A stretch of 64,000 bases of DNA from Eledone cirrhosa (lineage: Eukaryota), in contig OZ024742.1 in the NCBI GenBank assembly GCA_964016885.1, positions 350,982,001 through 351,046,000 of the forward strand, written 5' to 3'. Below, in pieces: positions 14,532 to 28,209 of the stretch. Each line of letters begins with the position of its first letter. The stretch's first letter is position 1. The translations under genes and the position numbers were made by a program. The notes under the pieces were generated by a model. The model was given only the letters and a program-made list of their open reading frames with translations, did no database searches and had not been told where the DNA came from.

Positions 14532-14716
14532 GGGATTGGCAGTATCGGTAGAAGGTCGAACGCTATGCTTTGACGCATAGCGTTACGGCCCTTGCCATTC
14601 TGAGTTCAAATTCCGCCAAGATTAACTTTGCCTTTCATCCTTACGGGGTCGATAAAATAAAGTACCAGTAATACATTGGGTAATTGCTGGCCTTGTACCA
14701 AAAGTAAAAACAATTA
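14532..14716 (+). mobile_element. tRNA-derived SINE with Deu/Nin-like core, preceded by an inverted partial copy (14465-14530)
   Basis: A-box-like TGGCAGTATCGG, B-box GAGTTCAAATTCC, core GCCTTTCATCCTTACGGGGTCGATAAAATAAAGTACC. Confidence 0.85.
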
Positions 14717-14994
14717 TATATATGTATATGTAGGATATCCGTAGATAAAAGTTGATGGAGTTCAGTCTATCGCAAGGATGCTTATATAGTATAATAAATT
14801 CATATACTTAAGAACTATGTGTGACCACTGGTTTCGAGGTCTAGTTATGGGCACCACTGTATAGTGGGGGAGGTCCCTTAAAATTAAAGTGGATCCTTAT
14901 CGGGCGCTAGGAAATTATGGACGCTGAAACATATGGTCACACATACATGTTAAATGTATGACATTTTATATATACCACACACATACACACACAC

Positions 14995-15060
<66 letters not shown>

Positions 15061-15089
15061 AAGAAATGTAAGTCAACAGATTAAAATTA

Positions 15090-15148
15090 GCTGGTGTATG
15101 AATTTCAGTGGTAGCCACTATTCAACAGCTATGACCTCATCAGGCAGT
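15090..15148 (-). ncRNA. Degenerate HHR-like motif (resembles 48730-48804)
   Basis: Minus strand: CUGC-CUGAUGA-[hairpin]-GAAA-UUCAUA. Stem I pairs poorly. Confidence 0.45.
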
Positions 15149-15369
15149 AAGAACTTGAACAGATAAAAACAGGAGACCATATTGTTGTAATATATTTACC
15201 TTGTTAATCTGTTGCTATGCTCAGACCCAGACACTGTTGTTTATCCTCTAACACCACACTTTTACATTACTCCTGAGTAAACAGACCAACCTCCGCATTT
15301 CGTTGCTCCAACATGCATACTGAAGTGTCGGTAAACAACCAACAGATACACAAAATCATATATATAAAT

Positions 15370-15495
15370 ATAAGTGTATCCTGGGTAGCCACAGTAAGTA
15401 AGGTACTCAATTCAAAGCAGAGTATAAATATCTAATATAGAAAGGTTTCTACAGGACTAGAACTGTTTCATTCGGGAGAAATCATCAGGCAGCGA
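15370..15495 (-). mobile_element. Family I terminal fragment with HHR (stem I mutated)
   Basis: Matches 23680-23790. Minus strand CUGAUGA-UUUC(UCCC)GAAU-GAAA-CAG(UUCUAGUC)CUG-UA. Confidence 0.75.
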
Positions 15496-15497
15496 TA

Positions 15498-15559
<62 letters not shown>

Positions 15560-15565
<6 letters not shown>

Positions 15566-16086
15566 TATGTACACGTACATACATATATGTATACAGACGT
15601 ACAGTAGTATGTATACATATATATACATACATGCACACATATATATATATATATATATATATGCACGTATGGATTCACCAAACATTTATTATAATACTCG
15701 GTGTGTTTGTAAACAAACATATGCATAAGGTAATACGCATAAGGTAAGTATATACGTTCAACAATCTGGCAGGAAGGTATACGTTGCTGAGGATAGCTAA
15801 TAAGCTTGAAACTAGTACAGCGTTCCTTTGTCAGTGTTGAACAAACGAGCAACGATGGTTGCTAGACACTACGGCTTAATACGGGATGTTTGTTTACAAA
15901 CACACCGAGCATTATAATAAATGTTCGGTGAATCCATACGTACATATATATATGTGTGCATGTATGTATATATATATACATACTACTGTACGTCTGTATA
16001 CATATATGTATGTACGTGTACATACTTATGTTTAAGTAACAGCCGTACTAAGAGTGGGAAATGAAATTTCGTTTCATTTATTCCGT
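15560..16086 (+). mobile_element. Family B element in fold-back form, HHR at 15781-15823
   Basis: 15560-15720 is the reverse complement of ~15890-16030. HHR reads ACGUUG-CUGAGGA-U-AGCU(AAUA)AGCU-U-GAAA-CUAG-UA-CAGCGU. Confidence 0.85.
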
Positions 16087-16153
16087 TTATATATATATAT
16101 ATATAAATATATATATATAAATATATATACAAATATATATATATACATATATG

Positions 16154-16258
<105 letters not shown>

Positions 16259-16826
16259 GTATATATATATGTGATTATCTTTAAGAGAGTGATAAAGGGG
16301 AGATAGAGAGTGTGTGTGTGTGATTTGTATTGTCTTCTGATATGGATTCTTGTGGTCAATTAGGAAAATGTAATTTGTGTTGGTATTGTTATTATTTCTA
16401 ACATTAATTTGTTACAAATATTTATTTTTAAAGAATCGCTGCATCATTCATTTTGAAATTATTCCTGTATTATTTCGGTCATCGAATTATTAATCTATTT
16501 AAGGAAAATAACTATTTTAGAGAAGATATTAATATCACAAAGAAATAATCAATATGAAAATGCACGAAGTCTATGCACGGATGAGATAATTCCATAATAT
16601 GGAATTAAAGTGAAACCACAGACAAAGAAAGCCACAACAAAAACAACATCGTTTTGCACGCTAGTGCATATGGTACAATATTACACATTTATATATATAC
16701 ATTTATATAAAATTGGTCATATTGGAACCTCAACAATTCAGATGGGTAAATCTCCAGTAAGAGAATCAGGTGGTAATGAGAGATATGTAAGAGGATTTGT
16801 AGAATGAGACGCATAGGGTGTAGAGA

Positions 16827-16974
16827 GAGTGGTTCTCAACCTTTTTTTACTCATGAACCCCTTTTCCCTTATTTTTTTAGGGGGTGGACCCCCTCATAGT
16901 TATTCGGCAAAAGAAAAGGTTATATGCTTTGCCTGTGGAATCCCAGCAATATTACATGGACCCATGTGGACCCC
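16827..16974 (+). mobile_element. hAT-type MITE remnant nested in a dispersed repeat (16720-17050; empty copy at 45530-45770)
   Basis: Left end (C>G)AGTGGTTCTCAACCTTTT. 8-bp TSD TGTAGAGA/TGTAGAGG. The element is absent from the paralogous site at ~45618. Right TIR is missing. Confidence 0.6.
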
Positions 16975-17046
16975 TGTAGAGGAAGGTAGAAAAGAATGTA
17001 AAAATAATAACACGAGATAGAGTTACCTTGGAAGTGATTTATTTGT

Positions 17047-17500
<454 letters not shown>

Positions 17501-17519
17501 ATATATATATATATATATA

Positions 17520-17585
<66 letters not shown>

Positions 17586-17729
17586 TCAAACGGACGTGGA
17601 AAAACAGACGAGTAGGGAAGAAGTAAAGTTTAGATGAGAAAGATGTATTTAGAGTCCGTTCTTTAACAAATGTTTCAATACAATATCAGTCTACGAGTGC
17701 TAATTGCATATTTTTATGCTCAATTGCCA

Positions 17730-17855
17730 CCATTAAATACTGAGTTCAAATACCGCCGAGGTTAACTTTGCCTTTCATACTTCCGTGGTCGATAAAAAAA
17801 GTACCAGTAATGCACTGGTTAATTGTTGGCCTTGTGCCAAAAGTAGAAACAATTA
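17730..17855 (+). mobile_element. 5'-truncated Deu/Nin-like SINE
   Basis: B box and core as at 14532. Confidence 0.75.
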
Positions 17856-17939
17856 AATAAAATATAGTATTTCATCAGAAAAAGTATAATGTTCATAGTT
17901 CAAGGTGAAGTGGCTGCATCGATTTTCTCACCGCTATCT

Positions 17940-18015
<76 letters not shown>

Positions 18016-18016
18016 C

Positions 18017-18109
<93 letters not shown>

Positions 18110-18134
18110 GTAGATATATATATTTTTTTTTATA

Positions 18135-20150
18135 TATTAAAATAACAGATTAAAGTTTAAGCAAAGAATCGCTGCTTTCACCCTTAACGGGATCTTCTGA
18201 AACCAAAAAAAATCACTCTGTGAACGCAGAAGTAAATATTTCGAAAAACGTTGCAACCGAAGGAAGACAGGAAGACGATACTTTGGTTCGTGGAAACGTT
18301 CTCTGGCAAAGAACGGGGGAAAAAAGAACATAATACGTCATTATTTGGACCGGAGAAAACAATTAAACGCAAAGACAAACCCATGTTTATGGTATAATTG
18401 AAGTCGTAGACTAATATTCTATTAGGTGGTTCGTGGAGACGTTCTCTGGCAATGAACGGAAAAAACGAAGATAATACGTCATTATGTGGACCCGTGAGAA
18501 CAATTACACGCAAAGACAAAACCACGTTTATGGTATAACTGAAGTCATAGACTAGAATTCTATTTAGGAAACCGAATGATTCTCGGCTTCAGAGTTAAGA
18601 ATAATGTAAATAAATTACAGAGGTAATTGAAATCAGCAAAAATATAAACATGCACGTGTCCATATACGTACATACACATGCATACGCGAAAACACCGACC
18701 AAGGGTATGCAAATACAAGCACATACACAAAAACACGCACATACAGAACCCACGCAACGCCTGTACCCACACACATACGAACGAATAAACCAAATATGAT
18801 TAAAAAAATATATATAAAATAATATATATATATATATATGTGTGTGTTTGTGTGCGTGTATTCATATAAATATATAAACGTATATAAATATACACACATA
18901 AATACGTATATAACGCGCGCACACACATACCTACATGTAAATACACATATGTTCGCTAAACGTACGTCAACTGAAACACAAAGTACACATATACAAACAC
19001 CCTACATACGTACGAACCCGCATACTCACACAGACGCAAAACTCACGTATACACATAACCAAAAGCACATCTACCAGTATATATAATATGATATATACGC
19101 TTATAACATATACAAGCAAATATACGTACGAGAAAGTATACGTAACTTCACAAAATATACAATTAATATATACTTACCTATACAAATAAGTGATGGTATA
19201 AACATAATATATAATTAGCTACCACATCAAGACGTAAATTATCCGCGTATAGTTCGTACTATCCGTTAGGGTATAATGTGGGGCTGTAATACAGGAAAGT
19301 TTTGTGCAATTTATGTTTACAAGCCGAAATTGCCTCAGATTTTTTTGTTTATGATGTGGTCTTTGGCGTAGAGTATTTCCAGGGCTTCAGAGGCGCAGAG
19401 GTCACATGGTCTGTTATTTCCGTTATACGATCTAGCCCTAGCTAGGATCTCCCAGTGTAACTTATTTTGGGTGTGGTTGTCTTTTAGACTCCAGATATAA
19501 GCTGACAGTGACGTCATATTCCTTCTTAAAGGGTTAAGAAAAGAATGGCTATGCGTGTAAAGACGCTGCTTGAATCTATTGGCGGTTAACCGTATGTATG
19601 CCCTACGGGACGTGGGCGGTACAACCTTACATTTGTAGACAATGTTACTTGAGATGCATTTCCCGGATAGGGGGCAGTCAGCTCGATTCCTACAATTAGA
19701 GTTAGTACTAGCTACAGGGTTGCACGTGCTCCTACGGCTAGGTAATTTAGCTAAATTTGAAGTTGTGATGTTATGTGCAAGGTTAGGAGTTGTAGAATAA
19801 GACATTTTAATGGTATTTCTATTAAAAATATTACTATATGTATATGCTGGGGGGAAATGCTTCATGATAAGAGAGATAAAGGTCTTAGCTAATGGTGTGG
19901 CCACCGCTATATTATATGGTGTTTTATACCATATAATGCGTCGGGATCTATTTTTCCTAGGTCTATTCTCATACTCTGTATAAATAACCTTATCGACAAA
20001 TCCACTTCGAGCAAGAGCTTCATTGTAATATGTGGAATGGCCGGTGAAAATATGCTCGTTTTTAGATAGACGGGAAAACCTCAAAGAAACGTTTTTTTCC
20101 AGGGTCTTGGTTATGCTGGCAGGATGGTTAGAATGCTTACTTATGTAATT
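18135..20150 (-). mobile_element. 5'-truncated copy of the 52325-55055 PLE (RT thumb, GIY-YIG, 3' region)
   Basis: ORF 19335-20243 from INYISKHSNHP onward closely matches the 607-aa ORF. The 3' region is collinear with 52325-53230. Confidence 0.92.
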
Positions 20151-21413
20151 AATTTCAAGTGATTTAGAAAACTTAATCAATGAACCATTTGTTAATACTG
20201 TAAATAAAACCCTTTTTGTACCGTTGACCATGTTATTCTTCACTCTTTCACTATATATATATATAGATATCTATCGAAGTCCAATATTAAATTACAATAA
20301 CAACAGTGATAACGTAGGCTGGTGGTAACCTTGTATTACGGCTACATATAGGAAGCAAAGTAAATGTGACCATGGTGTAATTTGATGGAACGGTGATGTT
20401 TCTCAACACATTTGGGTATCCAATAAACAAATATCGCTGATGTAGAGATATGTCTGGTGTCTGACTACTAACAACATAGAGTAGAACGATATGAAAATAA
20501 ACCAAAGTAATACGGAATGGACGGATTTTAGGTATTACCCATCTATAAGAGTAAACAAACGCAGAAGACCTTATGAAATATCTTAATAAGATACGATTAA
20601 TGAATACAGAACATGAATACAGAGCATCCATAAATGACAAAACCATGTAGAGAATACAGACCGAGGTCTCTAAATATGTAAAATCCATGGAACTAGAGAT
20701 ACACGCATGAATTGGAAACAGATTTGGAAATGTTACACCATGAAATGAGTGGATGATGACTGAGAATTATGTATATATATGTTACATCTACTATACTTGA
20801 ATACTGATTACATAGATGGAGCGTGTGCCCGTACATTTCATAGATTATGTTATATATGTATGTAAATTGATATTTGAAACATTGCTTTAGTTCCAAAAAG
20901 ACATTGTAAGATTTAGAAATATTTGACACCATATGCTGTAAACCAATTAAACTCACCACATATCCATTAACTTTAAATACCTTTTTTTTCGAATTATTTG
21001 GGTGATTTGTCAAAATATATTTTATTGATTGTTTATGAATTAAGTAATCTCTGAAGATTTCTATTGTGTGTACTGACTAACAGTAAATTATTGAATAACA
21101 TAATTTGCTTTTAAATGTACTTTCATATAGGAAGAAAATATTGTTAGTAATTAAATGTATTCATTCTTTATAACTGATTAGTCACTTCATTACAATTATT
21201 ACATTGGCTCTGATGGATTCAATTATTAGAGTATTCAGCTAAGCTACACCCAGTAAATGAGTAATATATATTTTTGCCCCCGTATATATGAGTCTTGTGT
21301 TCAATCGGGGGTACTACAATAATTAAGGTACTCATATATAATTAAAGTACTAATATATTTAGGGAGTGTAAACATCATGTTTATTATAGCATAACTTTGA
21401 CAGCACAATAACT

Positions 21414-21463
21414 GTTGCTCGATAAGTTCTTCTGAATGAAACATTCCTAGTTCCTGTAGCAGC
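21414..21463 (+). ncRNA. Family I-related HHR with variant core UCGAUAA
   Basis: GUUGC-UCGAUAA-GUUC(UUCU)GAAU-GAAA-CA(...)UG-UA-GCAGC. Confidence 0.55.
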
Positions 21464-21699
21464 TCTGTCTATATTAAACATGATATATCTATATGACATG
21501 ATATTAAACATGATATATATATATAAATAACATGATATTAAGCATGATATATATATATATATAGGAAACAGTATAACCCCGACGGTTTGAGCTCTGCCGT
21601 CGGGGACATAATTTGTTTTCTAATACCCACTCTACTACCCTAAGTATTGCGTACTCTGGTGCGTTATAGTCCATCTGGTTCCTTACCACAACTCGTTGG

Positions 21700-21780
<81 letters not shown>

Positions 21781-21783
<3 letters not shown>

Positions 21784-22165
21784 AACGTTTGTATATGTAT
21801 AATAAAGCCAAAACACTGCAGGTATGGACATAGAATAAAGAATGCAAATGCAAAAGATATTGTTGACGATTAGTCGTTAACTTTAGATTTATTTAAATGT
21901 CCTTAATTTTCGAGATAATATCTCTTCTTTGGAGGGAAGTAAAGCGGTTAAACTAGTGTTCTAAATAGCTTGGCAAGCTATTTAGAACACTAGTTTAACC
22001 GCTTTACTTCCCTCCGAAGAAGAGATATTATCTCGAAAATTAAGGACATTTAAATAAATCTAAAGTAAAAGACTAATCGTCAACAATATCTTTTGCATTT
22101 GCATTCTTTATTCTATGTCCACACCTGCAGTGTTTTGGCTTTATTATACATATGCAAACGTTTAT
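21781..22165. mobile_element. ~385-bp near-perfect palindrome between (TA)n tracts, with a degenerate HHR in the arm
   Basis: Centre TAGCTTGGCAAGCTA at ~21973. At 22010-22046: CCU-CCGAAGA-A-GAGAU(AUU)AUCUC-GAAA-AU-UA-AGG. Confidence 0.85.
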
Positions 22166-22206
22166 ACCTCTCATTACACGATGATTCAAGTGAACTATAA
22201 CCTCCT

Positions 22207-23100
<894 letters not shown>

Positions 23101-23282
23101 TCAGGCTTGAGGTTCACCAGTGGATAGAGCTTCTCAATTCTGTATGGTCAAACTTAATATAATAATATGGAGATTACTCAACGTAAAGCAATTCAACCGT
23201 CTTCGTTTTTGTAGTTGGTGGTGAAGGTACGAATTTAAATATTATAATAAAATGAGAGGAGGCTGGACTTGAAAGGTTTATT

Positions 23283-23340
23283 ATACTATGATCCTTTCAA
23301 TGACCGGGTTCCGTATGAATCCGGTGATATCATCAGGTAT
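23283..23340 (-). ncRNA. Type I HHR (family J)
   Basis: Minus strand: AUAC-CUGAUGA-[ACCGG..UUC/GAA..CCGGU hairpin]-GAAA-GGAUCA-UA-GUAU. Homologous to 38606-38663. Confidence 0.8.
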
Positions 23341-23526
23341 TCGAAATATAATAAGTGAATGTAATATATAAAACCCATGGGGCTGAAAATCAAAAACCGG
23401 AGGACGACCGCCATCCAGCATCTTCCACTTTTGCCGGTCGCCCTCAAGTGACGTGGCTAAAGCTGATAGTGTGCTACTACCGGTCAAATAGAGGAAAACA
23501 GAAATATATATACATACATATATACA

Positions 23527-23599
<73 letters not shown>

Positions 23600-23606
23600 G
23601 CTTATA

Positions 23607-23657
<51 letters not shown>

Positions 23658-23664
23658 GTTATTC

Positions 23665-24015
23665 CGGGTTGAATCGGAGGTAACCACAGTAAGTAAGGTA
23701 CTCAATACATAGCAGAGTATACAAGTTGTAATATAGATGAGATTCTACAGGACTAGAACTATTTCATTCATTAGAAATCATCAGGAATCTGGGTATCAAA
23801 AAATAAAAATGGTATTTATAGGTCTCTACAAGTGGTAGGAGAGGGTGGGGAGTGGGATGGGTGTAGGCCATTGGTTGATAGAAAAGGGAATTCATTAAAA
23901 GCTAATTCTACAAAGCTATAGTTTATTTTTATTTATTTATTTCTTGATACCCAGATTCCTGATGATTTCTAATGAATGAAACAGTTCTAGTCCTGTAGAA
24001 TCTCATCTATATTAA

Positions 24016-24020
<5 letters not shown>
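23665..24020. mobile_element. Family I fold-back element with an HHR in each arm
   Basis: Arms ~23728-23800 and ~23943-24015 are inverted. Flanked by (TA)n. Confidence 0.85.
23953..24003 (+). ncRNA. Type I HHR with complete stem III (family I)
   Basis: AGAUUC-CUGAUGA-UUUC(UAAU)GAAU-GAAA-CAG(UUCUAGUC)CUG-UA-GAAUCU. Mirror copy at 23740-23790 (-). Confidence 0.9.
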
Positions 24021-24109
<89 letters not shown>

Positions 24110-24354
24110 GTGTCCGCGTGTATGTGTGTGCATGTGTGTGTATGTATATGTATTTAAGCAAATTAATATAGGTATATTAATACTAATTCTATGAGCAGTT
24201 ATTAACTAGAACAACGGCACGGGTACAGTAACAGTAGACTTAACAGAAGCAGTAATAATGATATAGACACGAGCAACAACTATAGATGTAAAGAGCAGTG
24301 ACAATGACTGAACTAAGGTTAACTAAGTGTCGCCACTATTATCACCATCGTTTC

Positions 24355-24763
24355 TGTATACATACATACTTACATTTAAGTAAGTTCGGTACTAAGAGTG
24401 AGAAATGAAATTTCGTTTCATTATATTACAACTTATCGTTTTCGGTACGCCTGGCCGACTGAACTCACTCGATATGCAAATTAGGTTGCTCAGCCGTTAA
24501 TTTTCATAAGGAAAGTATATACTTTCGAACGTTCAACCATCTGGCAGAAGGGTATACGGTGCTGATGATAGCTAAGAAGCTTGAAACTAGTACATTTTTC
24601 CTGTGTCAGTGTTGAACAAAAAAAAAAAAAAAAAAAAAGGTGACGTGGTTGCCTTAACACCGTACGGCATAAATCAGGATGTCCGCTTGTTTACAAACGG
24701 ACAAAGCGGGCGTTATAATAAACGTCCGCTAAACTGATACGTACATATATATATGTGTACATG

Positions 24764-24825
<62 letters not shown>

Positions 24826-24875
24826 TGCTACTGTACGTCTGTATACATATATGTATGTACGTATACATACATACT

Positions 24876-24880
<5 letters not shown>
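24355..24880 (+). mobile_element. Family B monomer with HHR at ~24556-24598
   Basis: Collinear with 1500-1955. HHR reads GGUG-CUGAUGA-U-AGCU(AAGA)AGCU-U-GAAA-CUAG-UA-CAUU. Confidence 0.85.
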
Positions 24881-24959
<79 letters not shown>

Positions 24960-26009
24960 GGCGCGAACACATACTCACACAACCATCTATATACTGAGAG
25001 AGAGTGGTGGCGAGATTCAATACACATTGAGAAACAGAAGCCCTATCGATGTATTGTAGAATCAATAGTAATATCAATAGCTATTCTTTCTACTGTGATA
25101 TATTGACGGTACACAATACGAAACTGATTTGGCCAATACTTCGCCTGCTTTACTGAACAATAACATTGGCTTTAAATAGGTGCCATATTCATTGTTGTTG
25201 GTCTTTCTTGTTGTTCTGCTTGTTGTTGGTGTTGCATTCATTTTTATTTTTGTTCTCCCCTATTGTTCGCTATTATTGTTGATGTTAATTTTCTCCTGTT
25301 TTCGGTAGAATTATCAATAGTGTGTATATACTCCTTCTATAGATGTTTTGTTTTGTAAATTTTGTCATTTATTTTGCCTTTGCCGTTGCATTGGATAATG
25401 TTCGTGATATTGTTGTGGACGTTGTTGTCTTAAATGGCATTATTGTTTTTCTACTAACTAGTGTTATTGCCAATGCTGTTGGTTCTCCGACCCCGGGTAG
25501 GCCTATACAAGAGCGTATTGATTTCTGACTGCACTCGTGTATGTAAGACTACACCGTTATACAATCCTAACACTATCCTTCCTTTCATAAAATATCTAAA
25601 TGACATTTTAGTAATATTTAGTTGCTATTTTCAGCCATGTCGTGTGACCTTGAAAAGGTTTATAGAATTCTTCGTGATTTTGTGTTTCCCAGATTTCATT
25701 ATGATAGCTGTAACCCCTCTACTTTTGCTTTTGTATTTTCTGTTCGTCGTTTGGTGTTGTGGAAAATAGTGATAAGCTTCATAGTCCCCCCCCCCCCCCT
25801 TTTACATTATATTGCATCGTTCCTTTAAATCTCCTCCTTCTACATCACCCGCCACCCCATCCTACATATTCATCTATTTATTTTTCTTCTCAACGTTTCT
25901 CAATGTATACCAGTATATATCTCTTAATTATGTTTTCATTCTTTTATTAATCTCACACACATGGTAGCTGCCATATTATCGTCTGATGCTGGAGATAATA
26001 TATAATTCT

Positions 26010-26183
26010 TTAACTTTGGGCACGAGGCCAGCAATTACCCAGTACATTACTGGTACTTGATTTTATCGACCCCGTAAGGATGAAATGTAAAATTAACCTC
26101 GGCGGGATTTGAACTCAGATCGTAAAGGGACGTAACTCTATGCTGCAAACCATGGCGTCCGACACACTACCGATACTGCCAAA
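26010..26183 (-). mobile_element. Deu/Nin-like SINE
   Basis: Reverse complement of the 14532 family. Confidence 0.85.
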
Positions 26184-26729
26184 TGACCGTCCTTCTGGCC
26201 AGCACATCATCATCATCATCATCACTGTCGACAACATCATTATATTCTCAATCATCGCCGACCTCACCATCGTCGTCTTCATCGTCATAACCATCGTCTT
26301 CCCCATCACTATCATCTTAACCATCGTCTTAACCATCGTCTGCCCCATCACCATCATCGTCAAAGTCTTCATCATCATCATCATCATCATCAACATGTTT
26401 CTTTTCTTCTTCTGTTATTTCCTTCCTTTAATTTCTATTCTACTTCCAGTTCTGCTCCCACATTTATTCCCTTTTCTTATCTTGGTTGATACTTGATAAT
26501 AGCAGCTAAACGTAAACTATATATGTTCACTTCATTTAATATCATACACTCATTAGAACATCTGACTGATGAAATGACAAGTCAGTCAATCATAATGGTG
26601 CCCCCCCCCCACACACACACAGCCCCGGCGGACAGAATAGAGAAGACGTTTCACTGGAGGACGGCAAGGGAGACGCGCTGGAAGAGCCTTTCAAGTTGCG
26701 AGGCTCACACCTGCGGCTGGCTAGCTCGG

Positions 26730-27185
26730 CGCCTATCGTGGTGAGTAGGGTGGTAGCCCTAGGGCCGAGAAGACAAGAAATATCCAGTGCTAGGGGTAGC
26801 CAGCTCAGTGCCTATGGTGGTGAGTAAGGAAGTAGCCCTAGGGCTGAGGACACCAGAAGTCTCCAGTGCTAGAGGTAGCCAGCTTAGTACCTATGGTGGT
26901 GAGTAAGGAAGTAGCCCTAGGGCTGAGGACACCAGAAGTCTCCAGTGCTAGAGGTAGCCAGCTCAGTACCTATGGTGGTGAGTAAGGAGGCAGCCCTCGG
27001 GCCGAGGACACCAGAAGTGTCCACTGTTAGGGGTAGCCAGCTCAGTTCCTATGGTGGTGAGTAAGGATGTAGTCCTATGGCCGAGGACACCAGAAGTCCC
27101 CACTGTTAGAGGTAGCCAGCTCAGTGCCTATGGTGGTGAGTAAGGAGGTAGCCCTAGGGCCGAGGACACCAGAAGTCTCCACTGC
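26730..27185. repeat. 79-bp minisatellite, ~5.7 copies
   Basis: CCTATGGTGG recurs at 26811, 26890, 26969, 27048 and 27127. Confidence 0.95.
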
Positions 27186-27300
27186 CAATGGTGCAACCAC
27201 AAACTTGTCGGAGAGCGACCGGTACTTGAAAAGTTTGGCCTCCTCAGCCGGACATGCAGCAGCACCTGGGTTAGTCGCAGACTGCACCAGGTTGCGGCTG
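27115..27300 (-). pseudogene. Fragment of a CRE-like non-LTR retrotransposon restriction-like endonuclease region
   Basis: GAAACPAEEAKLFKYRSLSDKFVVAPLAVETSGVLGPRATSLLTTIG resembles the AE..K..KY...F.PLAVET.G..G motif of CRE-type elements. Confidence 0.7.
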
Positions 27301-27351
27301 GAGAAACTAAACATTTATTCCCTATTATTACGCTGTTTTGAAACATCAATT

Positions 27352-27623
27352 ACTGACGTACTCACGTAGTGACGTACTGACGTACTGACGTACTGACGTA
27401 CTGACGTACTGATGTACTGACGTACCTACGTACTGATGTATTGGCGTAGTGACGTACTGACGTACCGACGTACTGGCGTACTGACGTACTGAAGTACTGA
27501 TGTACTGACGTACTGATGTATTGACGTAGTGACGTACAGACGTACTGACGTACTGACATACTGACGTAGTGACGTACTGGCGTACTGACGTACTGACGTA
27601 CTGCCATACTAATGTACTGACGT
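27352..27623. repeat. (TGACGTAC)n 8-bp tandem repeat
   Basis: Seen directly. About 33 imperfect units. Confidence 0.95.
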
Positions 27624-27799
27624 GTGCGTGAGCAATGTATGTACTAATTAATTGGCCATTAATTAGTATTTGCATTGACAATAACGTTTAATTCTAATTA
27701 ACAGTTGCTGAATTTTCACCTAAATTCTATGTGTCCATTCCCCACCTCTCCATATTTGGCATATTTGGATATTTTACGACGAATCTGATGATAGTATTT

Positions 27800-27980
27800 T
27801 ATCATTACCATCATCATCATCATCACCCTCACCATCACCACTCCCATCACCATCACCATCACCATCACCATCATCACCATCAGCACCATCACCATCACCA
27901 CTACCACCAACATCAGCATTAGCATCACCATCACCGCTACCATAACAATCATCATCATCATCATCATCGTCATCATCATA
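27800..27980. repeat. (CAT/CAC)n trinucleotide repeat (also 26205-26393 and 28130-28197)
   Basis: Seen directly. Confidence 0.95.
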
Positions 27981-28209
27981 AGCACTATTATAACCCTTAG
28001 TTTCATCTTTCCCTTCATGTTCTGATTTAGAATTTTTGGTTTCATTTTATTTGGCCTCGTTTGGATTTTAATTAGTACAATTAGTTTTCTTCCTTTTCTT
28101 CTTTCTATTTTCTTATTTCTTTCGTCTACGTCATCACCGCCACCACCGCCATCATCATCATCATCATCATCATCACCACAATGATCATCATCATCATATT
28201 ATTATTATC

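Noticed and set aside
14532-14620. tRNA gene
   Set aside because: The A and B boxes belong to a SINE head that continues into a repeated core. No cloverleaf was recognised.
18160-18205. Intact hammerhead at the 3' end of the YRDD-type PLE
   Set aside because: CCC/GGG stem and GAAA are present, but the core and cleavage triplet are corrupted in both copies (18160 and 52370). Treated only as a remnant.
20150-20243. N-terminus of the 302-aa ORF (MKNNMVNG...)
   Set aside because: Similarity to the 607-aa ORF starts only at INYISKH. The upstream codons are flanking DNA fused by truncation.
26730-27185. CRISPR-like regular repeat
   Set aside because: Units are contiguous with no unique spacers, there are no cas genes, and the context is eukaryotic. 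It is a minisatellite.
27716-28045. Met/Val-rich or poly-His protein (also 26115-26496)
   Set aside because: Translation of (CAT/CAC)n repeats, with no splice or homology support.
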